64,000 nt of DNA from Octopus vulgaris (GCA_951406725.2 OX597836.1:23374001-23438000), one strand, 5' to 3'; positions 11,757-25,215 are shown, counted from the stretch's first letter. A program made the numbers and translations. Notes: generated by a model from the letters alone, not told the origin.

Positions 11757-13630
11757 CTGCTTTGATTTTATGCCGGAAACGGCCTACTAGAGGAAGTGAT
11801 ACGAACGAATTCGGCACATCAGTTCATTATGGAGTGAAAGGTGTTAAAAAATTATAATTTTTTTCTTTAAAATAAAAGCATGTAAACACAAGTTTTTTTT
11901 TATTAATAAGTACAATATTCTTTAAATTACATATAACATAATAAATAAAATACTGCTTGAATTACGAATAATCACGTGATTCAGAACCGAAGATGACAGT
12001 GCAATTTTTGCAGGACTGTTTTTTTGCTGTTTTCTAATGGCGTCTTGGTTTAATAAATGCTGTTGTCCAATCACAAAAGTTAATAACTTTTCTAATTGTT
12101 TCAGTAGCTTATCACCAGAACAAATCACTTGCCCCGCACTTGCTCTTGTAGCTTGCTGTATTTAATTTTTCGTTTATTTTTTGCATACTTCACGGTCGTC
12201 ATTGCAGCCGACGGAAGCATATTCACAGACCCACAAACCGTAACACGATCCTTGCCTTCTGAATGATTCGTAAATTTATTTTCTAAAGTTACGGTTCGGT
12301 GTAGTTTCTTGATGAGTTGAACAATTAGATTCACAAGTTCCTTCTTATCGGACATGGTTACCCTATTTTATTTTCATTATTACACATTAACCCAGATTTG
12401 TCAGAGTGTCGAATATAAGAAACGACAGTATTTGTTCGGCCCTTTACATTTTCTCTTGAAATGCCACCGTTTATCACACAAGGATCGGCAAAACTAAATA
12501 TACGTCAACATGTCGATGGCATGAAGTAAACACCGCCCCCACCCCGAATGGCTGGCTTTGTGCCTAATTTAGAAACCGAAGTGACATGGCTGTTAGAATT
12601 GTGAGAACGTCTGGAAACTAATGCTTTGCAGTATCTGATCCGGAACTTTACGTTTTGTATTTGCTTAATATTTATAGTGGAAATAGGAAGGTATTCCAAA
12701 CCAATCCATTGTTTGACAAAGTCCGTCAACTTCAATGTCTGGCGATTGGAGTTGATTTTATTTGGTATTTTTCTTTAGGTATTGCTGCCACACTTCTTTC
12801 TGCTTAGTTTCAAACTCCTCTTAGACATGGGTTCAAAAGATACTTGGAATATTGCCAAGAAATCAGTAACCGGCCAAGTTCTTAAGACGTGCCAAATAAT
12901 TGTTTAGTGTGAATACAAAATGTCCCATATTAAAGCTCTGGTAAGACATGGCAGGATTTGCATGAAAAAAGATTACAAATGAGAGGAGTAGCTTTAGTCT
13001 GTTCCTGATAAATTCCAAAATATATATGCTTAGATATATCCCCCCCACAAAGTTATATACATCCGTTTAATTTGTTTTGGACGAATGTCTCAGAATGCGA
13101 TCTTAAAAGCCTGTCAGTCTCATCTCTCCGTATAATCCGATGGAATGGTTATGCAGGTGGAACTCCTTTCAGCTTAGGATAAATATAATAACGATTATAA
13201 ATTGTGGACGAAATTCAAAGGCTATGAATTTCCATCCGCATCTTATATATATAACGATATGATATGTAGACATAAACACATAAATGTAGAAGTGTGTGTA
13301 TGTGCACACTCACACACAGAGGTACATATATGTGTAATAATTTTATATTCGAGTAGACATCTTGTAGGATGCTGTTTAAAGCCGGGTCACAATATTCGGA
13401 TACCTGATGTCAACAACAGTCATGGAGGTATATACATAGGCACATATGTATGTATTAATACAACATTTACATATGGATATGTAAACATATATATGTGTGT
13501 GTGCAAACAGATAGTAGTGTACTTCTGTTAGGTACACAGAATAATACGCAAACGAAATTCTTTTTTAAAGCAATTATTAAATATAAGGAAAAGCAACAAC
13601 AACGATAATAATAATAACAACAACAACAGC

Positions 13631-13668
<38 letters not shown>

Positions 13669-13669
<1 letters not shown>

Positions 13670-13850
13670 TCTTTTTACTATAGACACAAGGCCTTAAGAT
13701 TTTTGGGGGAAGGGGCTACTCGATTACATCGCCCCCAAAAGGATGAAAGGCAAAGTCAACCTGGGCAGAATTCGAACTCAGAACGGAAGGACAGACGAAA
13801 TGCCGCTGAGCAGTTTGCCTAGCGTGCTAACGGTTCTGTCTTCTCGCTGT
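13669..13850 (-). mobile_element. SINE family B (tail type 2), internally deleted
   Basis: Shared core AAAGGATGAAAGGCAAAGTCAACC..GAACTCAGAAC, next to (TAA)n. Confidence 0.8.
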
Positions 13851-13898
13851 CTTAATAATAATAATAAGAATAAGAATAAGAAGAAGAAGAAGAAGAAG

Positions 13899-14116
13899 AA
13901 TCCTTTCTACTATAGGCACACGGCCTGAAATTTTTTGGGGACGGGACTATTTGATTACATCGACCCCAGTGTTTCACCGGTACTTAATTTATCGAACCCG
14001 AAAGGATGAAAGGCAAAGTCGACCTCTGCGGAATTTGAACTTAGAACGTGGAGATAAACAAAATGCCGCTAATCATTTCAACCGGCGTGCTAACGATTCT
14101 GCCAGCTTCGCCGCCT
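13899..14116 (-). mobile_element. SINE family B (tail type 2), full length
   Basis: Aligns end to end with 53968-54183 and 56315-56526. Confidence 0.9.
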
Positions 14117-14180
<64 letters not shown>

Positions 14181-15359
14181 TTGGGTAAAAATCTGGAAGA
14201 GTATTCAATACAAACGTAGAGCTCAGATAGTTCCAGTGTACTCACGCGCGCGCACCACACACACACACATAATGAAAGGGTTGCTTCAGCCGGTACATAA
14301 TCTGGGGCACTGAGGGCCAAGAAAGGGCCTGTAATTAATATTGGCTTCCAACACCTAAAGAAAGAAAGAAGAAAAAAGGAAGGAAGGAAGAAAGGAAATC
14401 AGCAGCCTTGAATTTTGAGAAGATCCTCTCATCCCGGTGTCCGAAAGTACATTTGTTCCGTCTTATGAAATTTTTCTCGGACGAACTATTTTTCTCACTT
14501 TAGTCGAATCAGTTCACGCGGATAAATACTATATCAACTGTTTGTTTCGTAGACGTTATTTGTCCGACATCTGCAGGAAGAGTAGGAAGGAGGGGGTAAC
14601 ATACAAACAAAAGAGAAAAAATACAGAAAAAATAACAAACAAAAAAGGAAATACTCGTGTTTTTTTTCCTCCTTCGCTTTTGATTTATTTCTCACCAGTT
14701 CTTCAAACCGAAAACATTGCATTTTATTGCTTGGCATTATCGATATTGTGCAGAATATAAATATATATATATAGGAGAAATAGATATAAAATTATTTCAC
14801 ACATTTTCACAAACATCACTATATATATATATACATATATACATATATATATATATATAATCTGTATGTGTGTTTGTATGTACAGAAAACGATGTGTTTG
14901 TATATACATACATACATACACATATATACGAAAGTTTACGAGAATTATTCTTGCGCTACCTCGGCTATTCGAGTTGTTGGGTTACCGAACTTTTTACACT
15001 GACCAGCAGACGATAAATTTCTTTCAAGGAGAAACCAGCAGAATTTAACAGGTAAAAGGAAAATTATTATATATTTGCAAGCAATATTGTCAAGATGTAA
15101 ACATTAACCCATTCGGTTAATGTAAACATTAACTTATTCTTCTTTCTATCTTTGAGATGATAAGTATTTATTTTGTTTCATCATTCCTTTTGCCGCTGCC
15201 ACTGTTTTTTATTTTTATTATTGATGAAATATCCGAAACTTCTCAGTGACATGAATTCATTATTGTAATTTAAGGAGTGTCGTAAAAACTGGATTATTTT
15301 ATTGAAATTCTCCTCTTAGCAGGAGAGAAAAAACATACTTAGATCTGTAAGCACTGTAG

Positions 15360-15360
<1 letters not shown>

Positions 15361-15407
<47 letters not shown>

Positions 15408-15497
15408 AATATGTGGGCTCTGTTTGTGTGTGTATATGTATACATTTGTGCATGTGCGGAAGTATGTATGTATGAATTATGTATGTGTGTATGTATG

Positions 15498-15576
<79 letters not shown>

Positions 15577-15906
15577 GTGTGTATGCGTGTAAATGTTTGT
15601 ATGTGTGTATCAATACATGTGTATGTATGTTTGAATGAATTTATGAATTTATGTTTGTAAGTATGTGTGTATACTTGCATGTGTGTATATATACATGTGT
15701 ATATGTGTATATGTATGTATGATGTGTATGCGCTCGTGTATGCATATATGTATGTAGGGTTTGGATCTATTCCATCTCAATGAGATGTATACGCACATGT
15801 ATACGCAAAACATGCACACACACCATTCTGTACTCCAAGAAGTACACATTCACCTCATCAATATTTAGTTATATGTTTACCTAATGTTTCAGTTACACCA
15901 ATGTGT

Positions 15907-15978
<72 letters not shown>

Positions 15979-16084
15979 AAGAAAGTGTGTATACGCCTTG
16001 TGTGTGCTTGTGTTTTGAGTATGTGGTTGCGTGTGCGTGTTTATACATGTGTATGCATGCACATGAATACACACACACAGTGTT

Positions 16085-16146
<62 letters not shown>

Positions 16147-16160
16147 GAAAAGAGAGAGAG
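15361..16160. repeat. Cluster of (TG)n, (TATC)n and (GA)n microsatellites
   Basis: Directly visible. Confidence 0.9.
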
Positions 16161-16448
16161 AGAGATCTACTCTCTACCCAGTCACGTGCATATACATGTG
16201 CGAATGTTGGATGAATCCACGGATGGGTAACTCTCTCTCTCTCATTATTTATGCATAAAGCGATTCGACAAACACAATCGATATAATGCAGTCCAAACTG
16301 GCTCTAGTAATTTCTTGTCTGAGGAAAAAAACTGTACACAAAGAAAGTTCCATTGGAAATAACCAAAATAAATTCCTCTACCGTGGTATTATGTTTTCCT
16401 GTTCCTTTATATCAACACACACACACACACACACATACACGCACATAT

Positions 16449-16502
<54 letters not shown>

Positions 16503-17608
16503 GAAGTTATTGTTTTATCCACAATAAAGCTAAGTCAGTAAAACGCTTGAAACGCGGGTCGAAACATCTGGCCGTGTTATAGAATATAAGTAAATATTTG
16601 TGTGTGTTTGTGTGTATTGACATGCAAGCACATACAAACACACGTACCCCCGCCAGCCTGTGATTATCTTTTAACTTCGTTCCTTTTCAATTATGACACA
16701 AGAAGCAAATATTCCTGTGTCCTACAAAAAAAAAAAAACATCTTGCAATTTGCAATTATTCATTGAGATATATAATTAGACACTCTCTCTTCAATTGTAT
16801 CGAGTACTTTTATTGATTCTTAACTATCTCGGCTATACGACTAAAGACATCTGTACCGTTGATTTTAACCAGGTGTGATTTTCAACCAAGTGGCTTTGGG
16901 TACGCCCGATCCTGCTTTCCACTCTGGGCAAGAGGCATGTTCTCTGCCTTCCGGTCACCCAATGCCTTTTCAGTTAAGATTTATTTACGTAATCAGTATG
17001 AAAATCCGTTGTGAGTCTGAAGATGGAGACGAATATCAGCGCCTACGAAACTTTGAATAATGGCAGTTGAGTCAGTTTGTTATTACGCTTCCAATTAGAT
17101 GAGTTGAATGCGACATTTTTCGTTTATTTACTACCTCCACACACACATTGCTATCATGTTGAACCTCTTACTCGCGTATAAATGTTACTAAGAAAAAGAA
17201 AAGTACCAACATTTGTCTGTTTCTAAAAACGTTACTGATTGCAAATGGTGTGAATTGGACCAGGCTCATTCTTTGGTTCTGTGTTTGGTTAGATATTAGG
17301 ATGCTGTTAGATATTGAAATACTGCGATAAGTGAATTATTACGGGGAAAATAAATTTTAATTAATGAATTCTCGGCGAATTTTCCATCCAGCTTCTCACC
17401 CCGAAAACGATGTCGAGAAGCGTGTAAGCGTCCAGTGTCGCTCGCTCTTGTTATTCCATATTTTTTACACTCTTCCCTGGAAAGAATCCTTTGGACAAAA
17501 CCCGCTACAACAAACCTTTTCGACAGGATATTTCTCAATGAAAACCAAAGAAAGATAAAACAGCCTTGGTTAAAAAAAAATGGTTTTGTGACTAATCATT
17601 ATTCTATT

Positions 17609-18120
17609 CAGAAACGTTAGCACGCCGGGCGAAATGCTTAGCCCTATTTCGTCTGCCGTTACGTTCTGAGTTCAAATTCCGCCAAGGTCGACTTTGCCTT
17701 TCATCCTTTCGAGGTCGATAAATTAAGTACCAGTTACGCACTTGGGTCGATATAATCGACCTAATCCATTTGTATGTCCTTGTTTGTCCTCTCTGTGTTT
17801 AGCCCCTTGTGGATAGTAAAGAAAGAGGTATTTCGTCTGTCTTTACGTTCTGAGTTCAAATTCCGCAGAGGGCGACTTTGCCTTTCATCCTTTCGGGGTC
17901 GATAAATTAAGTACCAGTTGCATACTGGGGTCGATCTAATCGATTGGCCCCCTCCCCCAAAATTTCGGGCCTTGTACCAAGAATAGAAAAGAATCTTTAG
18001 TACGCCGGACAAAATGCTTGGCGGTATTTCGTCCGTCTTTGCGTTCTAAGTTCAAAATCTATTGAGGTCGACTTTGCCTTTCATCCTTTCGGAATTCGAG
18101 AAAATTGAACACTGAAGGTC
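17609..18120 (+). mobile_element. SINE family B tandem array: tail-1 unit, 5'-truncated tail-2 unit, then an older unit
   Basis: Three successive cores GTTCTGAGTTCAAATTCCGC..GACTTTGCCTTTCATCCTTTCG. Confidence 0.9.
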
Positions 18121-18534
18121 AATTAAAACTTCTTACTCACCACCCCGAAGTTGCTTTCGTATTCCTCCATGTCTCTAATCCATCCATCCATCGACAATCC
18201 TCACCGCTGTTGTCTGCACCGCCGACATCGCCTACTATATCAACACTACCGTAACCCCCATCACTAGCATCAACACGTCTCCCCCCCACCTTCATAGCCA
18301 CCACCACGACCCTACCGTCGCTGTCACTACTGAAATCCTCTACTCCTCCTTCGCCGCCATCATAACAACCACCACCACCATCACCGACATCACCAAGAAC
18401 TATTATTTTCACATGGCCCGATAGTAATATTCCTCAAGAAAAACATACTCTCGCACGATGCACGCACTGCCGCGTACGCACGCACATACACATACAGACG
18501 TAGATTCTTAGCGAGACATAACCGCATATTCTTG

Positions 18535-18581
<47 letters not shown>

Positions 18582-19760
18582 GCTCATTTTGAACCCTTGT
18601 AAACGGGCTGTACAAACAAATACATGCTACACGCGCACCCACTCACATACGTACACCGAGGTGAAATAGACTTGCAGATATAAATACGTGTGCGTAAAGC
18701 TATATTTCCTTTTCCTTCAGAGATGACACGAACCTCCTTCTAGCCTGCTCTTGTGATCATAAATTGGTGATTTTCAGGAGGATGCATATGGTTTAAAGCA
18801 ATTCGGATGTTGCTTCCCCTCGGTTTTGGTCTCGCCAGATGGTTTGTTAACAGCCAGGCTTTTTAATAATCAGCAGGCTACGCCAGATGAAAAATGGTGT
18901 GAAGCCGCGTCGGGCTTCGTGCGATCACAGACTTTGAGTATGTAGAGACATATGCACAAAGACATACATATTGCAAATACATACATACAGTGAAATCGCA
19001 CAAATGCATGGAGATATATACGCGAGTTTATATACAAAGATATTCGAGCTGACATAAAAAAAAAAGGTATGCATAGCTATTTGCATATACATGTGTGCAC
19101 GCATATATACATACATATCCTCCCATTCAAACACAGATTGTAACGATGATAGAATATGTGTGTGTGTGTGTGTTTTTAAAGATATTGTGTGTGTGTGTGT
19201 GTTTTTAAAGATATTGCTATATTTATTCTGTATTGAAAATATTGGAGTGAGAGTTTGTGAGACAAATAATAGAGATGAGAAACATACAAAGAGAGAGGAA
19301 TAGAATGTTTGTAAGAATTTAGGACAGTGAAACACCAAAATATTTCAGAGTGAGAGAGAGAGACAGAGAGAGCGCAAACGTACTATTTAAAAGTCACACT
19401 TGATTTCCGTGATTGAAGTTGAGTTCTGCAATCTACTACAATTAAACCAGCAAACATGGGTTGTTTTTTTTCTTTTCTCTTCTTTTTATATATATATTTT
19501 TTGACAGTTCGTGTCTTTCTGCCGTTTGGCAGGATGTTGCTGCTTACATTCAATTCGGTCACTGGTTTCTATTTACTCGACTAACAAAGTTGCAAATGGG
19601 ATAGCAGTATCCGGATTCGAACCAGGGGGAAGTCCTGTGCTATTTTTCTTTTACGACCTGTTACCAATGATTTCTTTATATTTGCTCCAAATCTTACTTA
19701 TGCGAGGAGGAAAACGAGACTGTGTCGTTCAGAAAGACATTAGCAGCGTGCAATTATATA

Positions 19761-20167
19761 CTCTTTTTACTCTTTTACTTGTTTCAGTCATTTGACTGCG
19801 GCCATGCTGGAGCACCGCCTTTAGTCGAGCAAATCGACCCCGGGACTTATTCTTTGTAAGCCCAGTACTTATTCTATCGGTCTCTTTTGCCGAACCGCTA
19901 ATTGACGGGGACGTAAACACACCAGCATCGGTTGTCAAGCGATGCTTGGGGAACAAACACAGACACACAAACATATTCACACACACTATATATATATATA
20001 CATATATACGACGGCTTCTTTCAGTTTCCGTCTACCAAATCCACTCACAAGGCATTGGTCGGCCCGGGGCTATAGCAGAAGACACTTGCCCAAGATGCCA
20101 CGCAGTGGGACTGAACCCGGAACCATGTGGTTGGTAAGCAAGCTACTTACCACACAGCCACTCCTGC
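19761..20167 (-). mobile_element. SINE family A, full length
   Basis: Near-identical to 43629-44033, with the GTAAAAGA-type repeated tail. Confidence 0.92.
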
Positions 20168-20599
20168 TATGAAGCAGTTTCGGCATGAAATCGTGACCGA
20201 GTCGTGGATTCAGCTCGTTCGCAATTTCATGCTTCACTCTAGACTGCTTACGGTCCCCTCCATTTTTTGAAAATGCAAATAAGGGTTTACCAAAGAAGTT
20301 TAATATTATAGCTAAATTTGTTTCGAATCAGAAGGATGCACAAGAAATTACTTATTTCAGGTTTCCGTAATGCAAAACCCAACGGAAATAAAGCTCTTTC
20401 TCCTTGTCAGGGTTGATCGAAAGCAACTTCTCCTGCTGAGATTATAGTGCAGTCTTTCAATCATCTTTTATTCACAATGTTACCGCCGCTGTTACCTGAT
20501 ATTCTATTTTGGAGACATACTTTGTGACTTAGACAACACAATATCAGTGACAGAATATGAAACCCCGAGCTCTCTGGATAACCTATTGATCTAACCGTC

Positions 20600-21100
20600 T
20601 GCGCTCTCTACAATGAGACAAAATAATCTCGAATTTCTTATTCACGAGACGTAGATTTATGGTGTGGCGGCAGGGAAGGAAATGAAATTGAGCGACGTTC
20701 ATATCTATTATCAGCAATTTGTAGGTACGTAGGTGAAGTAGACTGTTTCTCTTACGGCCTGTCAATCATTCGAAGAAGCAATATTAAATATAACAAATCT
20801 TTGTTTTTCCGGAATCGGAGTGCCAGTACCAATTGTTCGTTTAACAAATCTCAAAGACAGCTTGGAGGTTTATTAATGTCCAACTCTTTATATTGGTCTA
20901 TAACAAACAAACAACAATACCATTTCACTTTTGGACTAATGAAGACATATGCTTTTTAACTGTATATGTGTATTTCATATTGTAAGGGGCGTTGTAGTCT
21001 CCTACACTGGTGAACTTGATTGATGTTCAACTTTAACATCTGCTGAGAAGATGCGATGTGAGATAGGGTTCTAAAGGGCTGCATTTCTGGAAAGGATTTT
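20600..21100 (-). pseudogene. Possible highly degraded LINE AP-endonuclease fragment
   Basis: The minus strand near 21003 encodes VGDYNAP, similar to the GDFNA motif of APE domains. The surrounding frames contain stops, so this rests on one motif. Confidence 0.3.
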
Positions 21101-21772
21101 GGTAAAAGGCTTAGTACAGGGAATGTGTGTTGTGTTCTAAGTTTAAACATCAGGCATTTACTCTCTCATCCTCCTCTGTTTTCTTGTTGAATAATATATC
21201 AGATACATAAATTAGAACTGTCAACGCAATAGTGTTTTTATTTTGCCAAACAGGATGCTGCTGATAATATTCAGTGGTTTTTATCATATTGTCAGATTTA
21301 CGATTCAAAACGCATTCATAGCACATTTAGAATAAAAATTCTTGCAGAAAATTAATTAAAGCTGTCAGAAAGTAAGGGATGTTCGTAGTGAAACAAGAGA
21401 GTGCTTTTTGAATAGTTGAAAAATACTGTCAAAACAAGAATCAGTGACATCAATAACAAAACTAGAAAACGACTTGGTGCCGTCTTATGTCAAAATAGCT
21501 TAATAGATTCTAATTTTTTTGTATCATTTGTTTATATATTTGTGTTGTTGTTGTTATTTTTATGGCTTTGTAAATGTTATTTACATTCAATAACTCTTTA
21601 ATAAACATTATTAATAAAACATCAGTCATTAAGAATCCCTATGATTCATAATCGATATAAGAATGTAACTAAACATACTTGTTATGCTAGGTGAGAAAAT
21701 TTTCCAATTAACCTGATAAAATGGTCAGAACAGGTATACATCAATCAAAACGGTCATAACATAGTGACATTA

Positions 21773-22082
21773 TATTGGGTTGGCAACTAAGTTCCCGCCG
21801 TTTTTTAAAATTTAAATTTTTTAAAAGGTTTAATGAAAAATGACAACTAATTAATCAATAATGTATTCACCCTTGTTGTTTACAACTTCTTCCCAACGTT
21901 CTACAAGATTTTCAATACCTCTTTGGTAGAACTCACCCGATTTCGACTCGAAAAATCGATCCAACCAAGCTCTCAATTCTGCATCAGTATTGAACGAAAC
22001 TCCGCGCATAGCATTTGAAAGAGATCGAAAGAGGTAGAAATCCGTTGGTGCCAAATCAGGAGAGTACGGCCGTTGTGACAGC
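21773..22082 (-). mobile_element. Mariner 3' end: TIR plus transposase C-terminus
   Basis: Reads PYSPDLAPTDFYLFRSL..FYQRGIENLVERWEEVVNNKGEYIID*, containing the YSPDLAP-D motif of DD34D mariner. The terminal TATTGGGTTGGCAACTAAG follows a TA. Upstream sequence is truncated at a (CA)n tract. Confidence 0.92.
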
Positions 22083-22327
22083 ACGTGTGTGTGTGTGTGT
22101 GTGTTTGTGTGTGTGTAGAAAAACACAAATATCCACTGGAGAAATGAGTGGTCATTGTAATAAAGTCCACTTTATAGGACGGGTCAATATGCCCAGAGTG
22201 ATGCCTTTGAAGCTATTTCTAATTTGACCTTTGGATTGTTCTCTGTAGTAACTATTCTCCTTAGACAAACAACAGACTTTTACATTCATTTTAAACACAT
22301 TCATATACAACAAAAGTAACACATTCA

Positions 22328-22349
22328 TCTGTATATATATAAGGCAGGA

Positions 22350-22387
<38 letters not shown>

Positions 22388-22560
22388 TGATTGTAGTTTA
22401 TGCACATCCACAAATTAGCACGCATGTCGCTCAAATTTCAAGAGGACATTCGTCACGATCCCAGCTGTATTTTCGTCAACTTATTTTCCCCCGAGGCACC
22501 CGCAAATAGCGGTAAATAATTTTGAGCCATAACTTCAATTTTCACGGCGGAGAAATCCAC
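22328..22560 (+). mobile_element. Helitron/Helentron-like 5' fragment with internal (GT)n
   Basis: A|TCTGTATATATATAAGG start, a microsatellite, then ATGCACATCCACAA..GCTCAAATTT, a layout typical of non-autonomous Helitrons. No 3' end is recognisable. Confidence 0.4.
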
Positions 22561-22628
22561 TGTAGTGACGCCATTATTGTTGACAAAACATGAGTTAAGT
22601 CCCCTTCTATCGACGGTGTAAAGAGAAA

Positions 22629-22683
<55 letters not shown>

Positions 22684-22772
22684 AACATTTCTTTTTAGTG
22701 AGTGATTGACAGACAAAAACAGATAGACGGGTGTTGTTATGTATGTATGTATGTATGTGTGAATGGCTTCAG

Positions 22773-22810
<38 letters not shown>

Positions 22811-22880
22811 ACTCACACGAGCATTTATACGTACAAAACCGATGCATGCAATGTGTGTGTTAACCGTATATATCTATATA

Positions 22881-23255
22881 TCTATATATAAAGCTGAAGT
22901 TGTCTGTGTATGGTAGGTTTGGTAGCCTTCAACTAACAATATCTCCTCCGAGACCCTGCGGCGCAAGTTGACCAAAATTGAGAGTATGATAGAAGAAGGC
23001 CTGCTCTTCCTTCCGTAGAAGAAACAATTCAAATCGGACCATGTTAACACCAAAAATTATTTACATCAAAAAGGTAGTTTTTTTCTATGAAAATCCATAT
23101 TTTTTAACGATTTTTTGACTGCTATGTCGCCATTTTTCAGTGTATTTCAACCTGAAAAATGTTCACTTAAAGAGAATAACAAGTTACATAATGCAAAATT
23201 TTTGCTTTTCAAAAATTCCAAATATAAAGGGTCGAAACAAACCCGAGCAACGACG
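22881..23255 (+). mobile_element. Non-autonomous Helitron-like element, 3' end clipped
   Basis: Starts A|TCTATATATAAAG. Ends ACCCGAGCAACGACG, 14/15 identical to the hairpin ACCCGATCAACGACG(GGT) of the element at 169-617. Confidence 0.6.
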
Positions 23256-23370
23256 TTTAGGAGTTTGTGAAACAGTCGGATAAAACTTCATTCATTTTAT
23301 CTTGAGAACTGGATTTTTTCTAGATAAAATAGTTTCAAGCATATACGTAAATACATGCATACGTAGATAC

Positions 23371-23432
<62 letters not shown>

Positions 23433-23660
23433 ATACGTAAGTATATTAGTATTGGCATTGATACATAAAATTTAAGTAGATATTCAGACACTCTGATGCA
23501 GGACCAACTACACACACACACGCACATACAAGGCCAAAATATTCGCTGAGGCTTTGGGTTATGAACATAATACAGATGATTTCACACACTTTCAACGAAG
23601 CACTTTTAATATTAAAAGTTTTAATATTAAATATTAATATCAAAATATTAAAAGAAATAG

Positions 23661-24051
23661 TCGCAGGAGCGGCTGCGTGGTTAGTAGCTTGGTTCCGGGT
23701 TCAGTCCCACTGCGTGGCACCTTCTACTATAGCCTCGGGCTGATCAAAGCCTTGTGAGTGGATTTGGAAGACGGAAACTGAAAGAAGCCCGTCGTATATA
23801 TGTATATATGTATATATCTATATATATGTGTGTGTGTGAGTTTGTATGTCTGTGTTTGTCCCCCCAACATCGCTTGACAGCCGATGCTGGTGTGTTTATG
23901 TCGTCGTCACTTAGCGGTTCGGCAAAGAGACCGATAGAATAAGTACTGGGCTTACAAGGAATAAGTTCTGGAGTCGAGTTGCTCGATTAAAGGCGGTGCT
24001 CCAGCATGGCCGCAGTCAAATGACTGAAACAAGTAAAAGAGTAAAAGAGAG
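23661..24051 (+). mobile_element. SINE family A with small deletions
   Basis: Aligns to 43629-44033. Confidence 0.9.
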
Positions 24052-24525
24052 TATAGTGATGCAATCTCAGTATATCCAGCCACTCACCCCCTCAATGCTA
24101 AGTCAGTATTGTTACCATAAGCACTAACAGTGCTCCAATTCCATATTCTTATCGTCTACTTCCTTCATTATAATGGCGTCAAAAACATGATAGCTTTCTC
24201 ACACCATGATATATGTGTGTATCGGATTGGAAAGTCCATTAGCAGGCTTTTCTGCCAGTTGTTCTGATGGCATTGAGCGATCACCTGAAATACCTAACTA
24301 CTTAAAACTTACGCAAAAAGTGTGCATGTTTTTTAAATTTTATTTATACGAATGAAGGTATATTAAATAACATACAGTATAAACTGTTGAAATATTCAAA
24401 CTATCTCCGCTTCAAGGGAGTCTGGACCAACTCAAAAAGGAAAGAGAAGGTAATCTCAAGAACTAAGAATTCTTCAAAATTGACACGAAGAAAAGGTAAT
24501 CTAATTGTCTGAAGACTGGGGACAG

Positions 24526-24568
24526 CTGTGGAGACGTGTTTCCGCCTCGATAGGCGTCATCAGCACAG
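24526..24568 (-). ncRNA. Minimal type I hammerhead ribozyme-like motif
   Basis: Minus strand: CTGTG-CTGATGA-CGCCT-ATCG-AGGCG-GAAA-CACG-TC-TC-CACAG. It has intact CUGAUGA and GAAA cores, a 5-bp stem II and a 5-bp stem I. Confidence 0.7.
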
Positions 24569-24984
24569 TAATTGTGCTACCATGTCTCTAGGAAACGAAA
24601 CATATTTGGTCGATGTGTACAACTGATTGAACGAAACCGAGGTTCGGAAATTCAATCTTTATTTACCTTACACAAAAATAAACATATATCAAACTTAGAG
24701 TATGTTTACACAGGAATAAACATATATCAAACTCTACAGCACTTTTATGTTTTTATACTACTCCTTGCTTCGCCTATATTAATTTCGAATGATATAAATT
24801 AATTTTGCTAGCTTAATTTCACGTCACTCAATACAGAAGTGAAAGCATGAGCGTAAACAGACTGACATAATTAGGAGTGCATCACACAAAAATACCTTGC
24901 CATATTTACACCTGGTTCCATTCTCTATTTATTTTCCCTCCCAGGTCTGCTTTGCTTTTAATGCTTCTGGATTGATAAAATACA

Positions 24985-25215
24985 TATTTCTTTATTACCC
25001 ACAAGGGGCTAAACACAGAGGGGACAAACCGGAACAGACATAGGTATTAAGCCGATTACATCGACCCCAGTGCGTAACTGGTACTTAATTTATCGACCCC
25101 GAAAGGATGAAAGGTAAAGTCGACCTCGGCGGAATTTGAACTCACAACGTAACGGCAGACGAAATACCGCTAAGCATTTCGCCCGACGTGCTAACGTCTC
25201 TGCCAGCTCGCCGCC
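24985..25215 (-). mobile_element. SINE family B (tail type 1), full length
   Basis: 14-bp TSD ATTGATAAAATACA (24971-24984 and 25218-25231). Confidence 0.93.

Noticed and set aside
11774-11786. GCCG-GAAA-CGGC tetraloop hairpin near a CTGATG motif
   Set aside because: The motifs are on opposite strands and do not assemble into a hammerhead; a 4-bp hairpin is expected by chance.
11830-12390. Possible piggyBac remnant (GTGAAAGGTGTTAA end, Cys-containing peptides on the minus strand)
   Set aside because: I could not match a TIR pair or a catalytic motif by eye.
18137-18412. Gly/Asp-rich ORF with a GTGAGT donor on the minus strand
   Set aside because: It derives from degenerate (CAC/CAT)n trinucleotide sequence, with no acceptor or homology support.
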